From the human T2T-CHM13v2.0 reference genome, Homo sapiens, in the NCBI RefSeq assembly GCF_009914755.1, contig NC_060935.1: a stretch of 64,000 bases of DNA; one strand, written 5' to 3'. Every line of letters begins with the position of its first letter. Position 1 is the stretch's first letter. Shown one piece after another: positions 54,500-64,000 of this stretch. Under the pieces are notes generated by a model that was not told the origin of the DNA, did no database searches, and saw nothing but the letters and a program-made list of their open reading frames with translations. A program made the position numbers and the translations under genes.

Positions 54500-54582
54500 T
54501 GAGAGAGAGAGGAAGGGAAGGGAAGGGGAAAACATGAAGGAAGGAAGGAAAAGAGGGAGGATGGAGGGAGAGAGGAAGAAAG
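54500..54582. repeat. GA-rich/(GGAA)n low-complexity tract
   Basis: Direct reading. Confidence 0.85.
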
Positions 54583-55062
54583 CACAGGCACATATACTTA
54601 CATATATACAACGAAAAGAAGTGGTGACCACACACTTTGCATTTATTTTCCTTGGCAAAACAGATTGTTTCATGACTACTGAGCTGGAGATGTCAGAATA
54701 TGTGAGCACATTGTGCCATCTGAATAAATAAATAAATAAATAAAATCTAGTATACAGGTTGCAGAAGTAGACAGGAAAAGCAAACTTGAAATTCACATTG
54801 TGTCAAGGTTACTATTGCAGGCATCAGGGTAGTTAGAACTTTTTCTTTGTCTCAGACCAAGATAGTCAGAACATTAACATTTCCATTATCTCAGCCCTAG
54901 TCACAATAATTAATAATTTGTGACTGTAGAAAGGGATTTTACTGTGTTTATACATCTAATGAATTTATGCTATCTAATAGGTCATATGTATAAATATAAT
55001 GGTGTGATAAGATTACCGGTTTGTTAATTAAGTCATTACCAATGAAATCCTGAGTGTAGAGT

Positions 55063-55063
<1 letters not shown>

Positions 55064-55097
<34 letters not shown>
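55064..55097. repeat. (GT)n microsatellite
   Basis: Direct reading. Confidence 0.95.
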
Positions 55098-55098
<1 letters not shown>

Positions 55099-55489
55099 GG
55101 AGAGTCAGTACTGAAACCAACACTGAACTTTACCATGATATCAATACATGAAAAATTCATATTTTGTGTTCTCATTTTCTTTCTCTTAAAATAAGCAGTC
55201 TCTAGGAGAAAAAACTCTAAAGGCGGCTCAGATTACATTGCTCATATATTTTCCTTTCAATTTTGTGCCTGTATTGAAAGAACTCATTTCTTCAGTGGGA
55301 TGACAGTCTGTTTTTTCAGCCCAGAAGGCACTGCAATTTTTCAGGGGAAAAATTACATCTTGATCTTAGAGACCACTGCTGGGGATTTTTCTTCGTATCT
55401 CTCACATCTTTTTCTGAAGGACTTTTTAAGATGTCATAATTATTATCTGATTAGGCAGTACTTGCTCTTTAGCCCAAAGGAAAGCTATT

Positions 55490-56130
55490 CACTATTCCAT
55501 CATGCAACTGAGAGCCTTTACTGTGAACTTCTCACTGTTTTAGGAGCTGAGATACATCAAGGAACAAAGAAGATAAAGATCCCAGTATTAATTGAGCTTA
55601 TATTCTAGCAGGAGGGGGTGGAGACACACAGAAAACAATAAACATGATAAATAAACTATAGTGTATAGTAGAGTTAATACATGTTATGGAAAAAGAAAAG
55701 TAGAACAAGTTGAAGGGGAGGAATGAGTTGTAACTTTAAAGGGATAGTCAGAGAAGGGCCTCTTTTGGAAGCTTAAAGTGGAGCTCAGCACACCAGGATG
55801 TATACATGTGTAACTAACCTGCACAATGTGCACATGTACCCTAAAACTTAAAGTATAATAAAAAATAAAAATAAAAAATAAAGTGGAGCTCAGACATGAA
55901 GAACAGCAGAGGGTGAGTCATGTGGGTATCTGAGCAAGAACATTCCTTGCCAAGGGTTGGGGGTGGGGAATCGGAGTAAAGGCATACAAACAAAGCATAT
56001 CTAGTATATTTATAAAACAGCAAAGAAAATGCTGTTTCTGGAACAGATTTTAAACGAGGGGAGTTAATAGAAAATGCAGACAGAAGGGTGAGCGTGGTTC
56101 TATGTAACTTTTGTAGGCATTTTAATCACT
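55490..56130 (-). mobile_element. L2 fragment
   Basis: TAGGAGCTGAGATACA...GAGCTTATATTCTAG...GTCAGAGAAGGGCCTC. Confidence 0.65.
55789..55878 (+). mobile_element. 90-bp young L1 3' end (L1PA2-like)
   Basis: CTGCACAATGTGCACATGTACCCTAAAACTTAAAGTATAAT plus A tail; perfect TSD TAAAGTGGAGCTCAG at 55774-55788 and 55879-55893. Confidence 0.92.
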
Positions 56131-57257
56131 TTGACAATGTATCTATGCCAGGTCCATGTTGATTACATTTCTCAATTTTAATGGTAAACTCTATCCCAAG
56201 CTAAGAATGAGTTTGAGTATAAATGGGTAATCAACTGGATGGCTAAATAGAGAGGGGGAAATTTTTAGAAGAAAAAAACAGTTTTATTTTTTTCTTCTGC
56301 ATTGTTGATTCACCTTTTTTCCTCTCTTGTGGACTGCTTCAGGGAGATTTTTTTTTTTTTTTTTAGTGGATTAGGTTGATTCAGATTATATCACAAGAGA
56401 ATGAAAGCATGCTGTTTTCTGCTAATGTTTGCTTAGAGGAAAAGAGGTCTTAGAAAAGTTACCAAAGAGGATTTCTGTTGTTTCTAAATGATTTCCATCA
56501 CAACTAACTAAACAGCCTCATATGCATTTGAGACAAATGAAGGGAGAAAGCATAATTTTGCCATCATAGTATATCCTATCACAACCTTCAGAATAAAGGT
56601 AGATAAAGGATACTGGATTTTTACCTTAGCAGATATTCCTAGCTCCATGCCAACCTTAATAGGAAACTGCTGCATAGATTAATTTTATACCAATCTAACC
56701 TCTATAAGAGGTAATCATATTGCTTCTGTCTTAGGTTTGTGTTATAAGGATTGAGATAATGTCTGCTGCAAGACTAGCATGAGCTATTCAAGATGCCTAG
56801 CAAGTAATAGCTGCTCACCAATGACAAGGGAGGCTATTATTTTGTTGCTACTTTCCCTTAGAAGGCATATCCAGATTCTACCTTCCAAACCTTTTTACTC
56901 TGTCTTTTCTGTTTCACAGCTCCCCATTCTGAACACCAGCATCATGCATCCTTTGCTCTGTTCTAGGCACAACAATCAAAAGTGCTTATTCCCAAACTGG
57001 ACCTGACTTCAGCCAGAGTAAGAACAATACTGATCCTCACCTACCCACTCCCACCATAGTCCCACTAATGAAGCCCTTATTTTACTTCAGAGATAGTTAT
57101 TTGAACAACTATTAAATCAATTTGGTACATTTAGACAACCATGCTAGAGGATGCAACTTAAACACTAGAGTGTCTTCCTTAGTGTCCATGTTTGTATCTT
57201 AATACATCGGTATTCTTCTAATTTACTTGAACAGAATATAAAAATTGCAGCAAATAT

Positions 57258-57800
57258 GTATTTATTCATTTTTATTCAGCAATCACTTCATGATCATTTA
57301 GCGGGAGCTAGATATTATCCTAGGTGTGGACATATATGAATGTACAAGTTAGACAAAGTCCCTGCTTTGTGAAGTTTCTTTCAGGGACTGAAATAAAGGT
57401 AATAACTAAGTAAACTAAAAATCATCGTTGATAGGTGCCATGAAAAAATTATGTTAGTAACTTCACAGATGCTGACTGGAGGTGGGAGATGATGGAATGG
57501 GCTCCTTAGATGGAGTGCTAAGGAGATCTCCTCATGCGTGCCCATTTCTTTGATTTGAAGAACTTAGCAGATCCAACCACAAAAAAAACAAAAACAAAAA
57601 CAAAAAAACAAAAAAAAACTGAGGTAAGAGTTTTTCAGAAAAAGGGAAGAGTAAGTAGAAGGCTTAAGATGGAAGACTCTTGTATACCTGAGAAAGAAAT
57701 AGAATGTCAGTGTGGATGTCTTGGCAAGGAGCTACTTCAGAAAAGAGATAAAGGAAGAGAGGAAGGCGGAGCTTAGATCATGGAGCACACAGTGATATAA
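57258..57800 (-). mobile_element. L2 fragment with internal (AAAAAC)n
   Basis: TTTATTCATTTTTATTCAGCAA...AGACAAAGTCCCTGC. Confidence 0.55.
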
Positions 57801-57834
57801 TGTTTCACATGAGACACTTTATACAAATATCAAA

Positions 57835-58905
57835 AGGAAATTAAAATAGAAAAGATCCAGTAATCACACTCCTTGTTACCCCCCAGGAGTTGAAAACATG
57901 TTTACACAAAGATCTGAACAAGGATGTTTATATTGCAGCAGCTTCATTCATAATTGCAGAAACTTGAATACAACCAAGATATCTCTCAGTAGGTGAATAG
58001 ATAGATAAAGTGTGGTAAATCTAGACAAGGAAATATTATTTAGTACTAAAAAGAAAAGAGCTATCAAGCCATGAAAAGACATGAGGTAAACTTAAACGTA
58101 TATTTAAGTGAAAAGAAGTCAATCTGAAAAGGCTGCATACCGTATGATTCCAACTATATGACATTCTGGAAAAGACAAACCTGCAGAGACAGGAAAAAGA
58201 TGAGCACTTATCAGGGGTTAATGGGGAGAGAGGCACGAATAAGCAGAGCGTAGAATATTTAAACACAATGAATCTATCCTATATGATACCATAATAGCAG
58301 TTACATGTCACTAAGTATTTGTCCAAACCCATGGAGAATACAGCAACAAGAGTGAACACTAATGTAAACCATGAAATTTGGATAAATTATGTGTCAGTGT
58401 AGGTTCATTAAGTGTAACAAATGTACTATATTTGGCCTTCTGTATCCATGGGTTCCACATCTGTGAATTCAACCAACTATAGATAGAAAATGTATATTTT
58501 AAATTGTATGTGTGTGCTGATCGTGTGAAGACTTTTTGCTTTGTCATTATTCTCTAAACAATATAGCATAATGACAATTTACATAGGATTCACATTATAT
58601 TAGATATTATAAATAATCCAGAGATGATTTAAAGTATACATGAGCATATGCATAGGTTATATGCAAATATTATGCCCTTTTGTATTAGGGACTTGATCAT
58701 CTTTGGGTTTGGGTTTCCAAAGGAGGTCTTGGAACCAATTTTCCACAGATACAGAGGGATGACTGTACACTGGTCGGGGATGCTGATGATGGGAGAAAAT
58801 ATGCATGTGTGGGACCAGGGGGTATTAGAGAAATCTCTAAATGTTCCTCTCAATTTTGCTATGATCTAAAACTGCTTTAAAAAAATTAAGTATTTAATAT
58901 AAAAA
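57835..58905 (+). mobile_element. L1MC1/2-like 3' end, split by MER2
   Basis: GAGCTATCAAGCCATGAAAAGACATG...GATTCCAACTATATGACATTCTGGAAAAG...CTCAATTTTGCTATGATCTAAAACTGC. Confidence 0.85.
58429..58765 (-). mobile_element. MER2 (Tigger-derived MITE)
   Basis: TGTATCCATGGGTTCCACATCTGTGAATTCAACCAAC...GATACAGAGGGATGACTG, with TA on both flanks. Confidence 0.88.
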
Positions 58906-60214
58906 TGAAAAAGAAATAAAAAGCAAAAGAAAGAAGCAATTATGCCATGAGACTAATAGCATTTCAATGTATATTCTCCCAGTATCTGTCTCTGAATATT
59001 TTTGTATTTCTCACTTCTCTGTTTCAAATTGTCTCTGTTTGCCACTTTCCTCATATGTACTTTGATGATCATAGGTTCCTCAATTTTCCTCCTTCTCATT
59101 CTAATGGTTCTATGCCTCTACATTTTGGATGTTCCTGAGACACAGAACTTCGTAACTCTCTTTCAGGATCCCTGAATTTAAAGCCCTAAATACAGAGTAC
59201 TAGCCATGTGCCAGGCCTGAACTAAGTTGCTTGGGTTATAAAAATGTATCAGACACCACCACTGCTCTCAGAAGCCTGACATCTGGTTATCTATCTCTTT
59301 GTTTCGAGCATATTACTTTCCTTAGACTCTGTGCCAATTCTGGCATGAGTCCATGGCCTGATTGAAGCCAAGGTATAGGCTTAGATCATATTTAGATCAG
59401 TTCATTCAAGCTTTTAATATTATTGCCAGGATTTTGAGGGAGGGAATTCTAGACACCCAGATTGCATCCTCTCATGTTATTCAAATAAAATATTAATATA
59501 CTTGTAATAAAATGTAGGTTGATTTAATCTCTCACTTATTTTAACAGTTAATTTTGGACTTTATACTAAGAGTATTTATTCTTCTTAGAAATAGTTATTT
59601 TAGGACCAGAGAAGTAGAATTCAATGAGAAAAGATTGGAGGATCTTTCTCATATCAGGTTTAAAATTTTAGAACTACATACCCTGCTTTCCATGTACGGA
59701 CAATTTTCATCTTGCAGAAAGGGTATAGCATTCAACTTTCATTTATTTTGAAGGTTGTTCTCAGCCTCTGTCTATCCTCACTTTCAGCATTATTAGAACC
59801 TCCAAGTAATAAAAAGTGAAATGACAGGATCGTAAATTCTGAGATGTAGAAAGTCTTTTAAAGGTCATATTGCCCTACATATTATGGAAGGGGTGAATAA
59901 CTTCTATACCATATAAATTCAACAGTCGACTGAGTATTGGCAAAGAATTTGTGATCAGGTTTTACTCATAACTTGTGCTAGAAGTGAGGCCTTAGACAAA
60001 TCGCTTCTCTGAAGTACTGTTAAATTATTCTGAAGTGTGGCTCTTATCCCTATCTTGCCCATATACCACAATTACTATGACAATTAACTTTGTTGTAAAA
60101 TTTCTGGATAATGCAATCTAACATAAAAAAATGAACAAACCAACTACGTAATTTGTAGTTACTTATTTCAGCTATAAAAGGGTAGCACTCCCTCAATCTT
60201 AAAAATAATTTTAA

Positions 60215-60760
60215 AAAAATGTTTCTTAAGAGTCAGATTGCAAGGTCTATATATAATTGGGCAAACAATAATGTAGTTTTTGTTTCTATAGATGTATGTA
60301 TTCAGGACATTTTATATAAATGGATCATACAATATGTGGTCTTTGGGACTGGCTTATTTCACTTAACATCTTGTTTTCATGACTTAGCTTGGTTTAGCAT
60401 GTGCCAGTACTTCATTTCTTTTTTATTGTCAAATAATATTACCATGTTATATTTATTAATATGTTAGCTGATGAGCATTTGGGGTTGTTTCTACTTTCTG
60501 GCTCTTACGAATAATGCTGCTATGAATATCCAGGTATATAGCTTGCATGAGCATATGTTTTCACTTATCTTGCATGTATACTTATGAGTGTTTTCATTTA
60601 TCTTGGGCATATACCTAGGCATTGCTGGGACATATATAAATCTACGTTTAATATTTGAAGACTTGCCAGACTGTTTCCTAAAACACCTGCAGCATTTTAC
60701 ATTCCCACCAGCAAAGTACGAAAAGCTTCCAATTTCTCTACATCCTCACCGACAATCAGT
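60215..60760 (-). mobile_element. L1MB fragment
   Basis: GGACATTTTATATAAATGGATCATACAATATGTGGTCTTT...CATTTTACATTCCCACCAGCA. Confidence 0.7.
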
Positions 60761-63700
60761 TTTTTATTTTAAATGCTATAGTTACAAAGAAAATTTTAGA
60801 ATGAATTAATGCTGTGATTTTAATCACAAAGATTAATTTTGCAATAAAAATCCCTGATAATTATGATTATATGTGTGTGTTTGTATTTCAACTGAGAATT
60901 GAAGGTTGAGAACTTGGATTGAGACTATATTTGAAAGGTAAATTTCTTTCCATGGATATTATGAAGCCAAAGAATATGAATGTTTTAATTTTAGATATAT
61001 AAAATTATTTTTCCAATATATTGTCTCAATGTGTAGTTCAACTAAGGCTTCCCAGACCCTTTTCTTTCCTCAGTAACATGAAAGAATACTTGTAAAAGTT
61101 GTGACTGGCTTTACTACTTAATTAGAGGTTCATCATTTAATACAGTGGCACATATTGAACAAGAAAATGTTTGTACTTTTTTTTAAAAAAAAGGAGAAGA
61201 AAGTTAAAATTGTCAAATAGAATAAAGGCTTTTATTAAATTTAATAGGGGAAGAAGAGAAATTTTATTTCTCTTGTTGTAGATTCATAGATTAATCAGTG
61301 AAGAGAAATTTACTACCAGCTTTTATCTTTATTTCTGCACTTTGTTGCCTATCTCCAACTGACACACTGCTCCAAGAATACTTTATGTGGATTGAATAGC
61401 TATGCTGAGACATTTGTGTTTCCATAATGTAAGTGGATTTAAGGGTTATGCAATTATCCAAGAAACAGAGGAACAGTGATGGTAAATATAAAAATGCACA
61501 CCTGGGGAATAAGAATAACCCAGTGTGGGCCTCCCTCTATTGTCTCTGGTTGTGGAACCTCAGCAAGTCTCTTCTCCTTCCATGTACTCAGTTTTTTCAG
61601 CTTTGATGAGAGAGGAGAGGTCTGCATAAATTCCTCCTGTTATTACTATGAATCTCACGCTGAGGAAAAGATTTTAGATACTATTAGACCTCTCAGCCGT
61701 AAAGATCTGACTTGAGAATTCACCCTAGCTTTATTGCCACCAACTTCCAACATCAACATCTTTTAAATACAAATGAAATGGAGGAAAACACTGCATTTGA
61801 CAGCATCGTTTTTCTTCTTAGGACTAGCTCCTTTACAAGATTTCCACTACAAAGCAGATTTTAATCCTGCCAATCCCTCAAGTGGCATTTTCTCAATATT
61901 TTATATGTTGAGGGAAAAAACCAGCACTTTAACAGCCATAGCACTGCAGATGATGATGGAGTTATGATTCAAACTCTTGGCTGTCTGACTTTGGTCCCTT
62001 GTAAAATTTTAGTGTATAGCAGGACAATTAAAATCCCATTCCACCAGTCTGCATTCTGCCTCAAAAATCAATCCAAACATTTCAGAACTTACATTTATTC
62101 ATGTTAAGACTCTATCTTCCCCAGATATAAAAATGTATCCAAGTTGATGATTTGACAGATTTAGGGACAGAATAGTTATATCTAGCCACATTAGATGGAT
62201 AGCAAAATTAGCTGAGACATTTCTATTCCATGTTGCTAAGGAGAATGAGTCAGCCTCAGTGGAGGAATCAGATTGTGAAGGATGTGTTTTCTCAGTCAGA
62301 GCAGGAAATGAAAACTTACGGAAGATTTTCTACTCATTCAGAGTATTCCTTCAGCTCTTACCTTCTGCTTTGTATTACAAGTGAGAAATAAGTATGTTTA
62401 ATTATTACAAAATAATATTATAATGTGGGCTAGTTAACTTGTGGTAGTTTCTAACTCTTGTATCTTATTTATATTTCTAAGTATTGCAACTAGAGGGAAA
62501 ATGGGATAAGGTAAATGAAGGGTCTATAATTTATTTAACAAATCAAAATCTCTTTCAATCCTTCTTTCGCCAAAATCTTTCTCTCTCTCTTTTATGCCTC
62601 ACCATTGTTTTGGCAATCTCTGGATTATCTTTTCCTGCAAATATTGCAATCAATTACATTTTAAATCCACTGTCTATGTTATTTGCAATACATACTCTGG
62701 AGAATTACAGTCTGTCTTAAAATGGGTATTGATGGGAAATGAACCTGCTTTGTTCTTTGCCTTTGCCTTTTAAATTCTAGTTTTTAAACTTTATCCTTTC
62801 AATTCTATTCTGCCTTTTAAATATCTTAAGCCTTGTCAATAAAGCAGCTTTATGAAAAGAGTTTCTGGAATCATGGGAACATGGAAAGTGCTTTGGGAGT
62901 TTTTATTCCACCATTCCCAGAGATCTTTTACATATTTGACATTGTGTTATTATGTGTCATTAACTCAAATGGATGTAACAATGTTGCAAATAGAAATACC
63001 ATGTGACATCTTTCGGTTTTTTTAAATTCTTACAAGCAGGTCATGATTAACAAATTTAGAGAAAATGACAAAATGTAACCTCCCACACTTGTTGCTAAAA
63101 TATGAAAAATTACATGCATGCAAAATGATCAGTTGACATAAGAAAGGCAGGTAGTAAATATACAAAAGTGAAAATACTCACCTTTGTTAAGTGACAATAA
63201 TGTGTATAAATGTATATTTGAGATCAAATTATGCATATAAATGTATATCAAGGAGCTGGTTTTTACACTAACACATTATTAAAAATTACAATTGTTGAAG
63301 CCATTGCTACCAAAACACAGTAAAATTGGAGCATGCCTATACTTTTTGCGTTGTAAGGTGGTATAGGCTTTTTGAAAAAACAAGGCAATATGTACCAATA
63401 TTTCTAATTACTTCAAAATTTGTCACCAAGGGATTTATCCAACAATTATAGCAAAACAGAAGCAGAAAACTTTATGTGCAGAAATGTTCAGTAGTATATA
63501 TTTAAAATTATGAAAAATCGAATTACATAACACTGAAATTTATGCATTAATACAAATGTCACTACATATCTGTTAAATTATAGTTACTATAAATATTTTT
63601 TAAATCCTGAAGAAAAGCCTTTTATAATGCTATGCAAAATCATAAATTTATGTTTGTATAATAGTTGCAATTTTATGTTTTTGTGTGCATATGTGTATTT

Positions 63701-63907
63701 TTACATCTTATTTTTCTTTTCAGAAGAATGAGAATATTACCTCCTTCATAATCTTATTCAAGGATTAAATGTGAAAATGCAAATAAAGTGCTCAGTTCAG
63801 TGTCCATCTCCTAGTAATCCTTCTATGGACGCAGTCTATTATTTCTATTTGTTGTAAACTGACATGAGCCAATTTGAACCTCACCACCATGTGTTATTTT
63901 TGGAGAT

Positions 63908-64000
63908 GGGGCAGACAGCCTCTAAAATGGTTTTTAGTGACCTCACCTTTTGATATCCATGTCCTTGTGTAATCCTCTTCTCCTGAGTGTGGGTTGTGCC
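63908..64000 (+). mobile_element. MLT1F-like MaLR LTR start, running off the window
   Basis: CAGCCTCTAAAATGG...CCTTGTGTAATCCTCTTCTCCTGAGTGTGGG. Confidence 0.65.

Overview
AT-rich primate (hominid, probably human) genomic DNA, dominated by interspersed repeats; roughly half is LINE-1. I found no host protein-coding exon, RNA gene, CRISPR array or prokaryotic system, and nearly all long ORFs in the track are broken L1 ORF1/ORF2 pieces or antisense noise from repeats. Main contents: (1) a ~13 kb three-level L1 nest at 3.4-16.3 kb, made of an old full-length L1PA13-16-like element containing a full-length L1PA4-like element that itself contains a 142-bp L1PA3-like 3' end, each with a readable target-site duplication (TSD); (2) a 5'-inverted L1MA; (3) a truncated L1PA3; (4) a solo ERV9 LTR12 with a CTAA TSD, just upstream of a near full-length L1PA7-like element; (5) seven Alus, MaLR/ERVL LTRs, Tigger3b, MER2, and MIR/L2 relics. 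The observations least explained by ordinary repeat annotation are an 88-nt near-perfect hairpin at 31025-31112, a possible decayed Gypsy-type gag at ~22.2-22.95 kb, and a ~170-bp diverged direct repeat at 2628-2801 and 18135-18305. I cannot support a claim of a new biological system. Subfamily names come from recalled consensus diagnostics, not from a database search.
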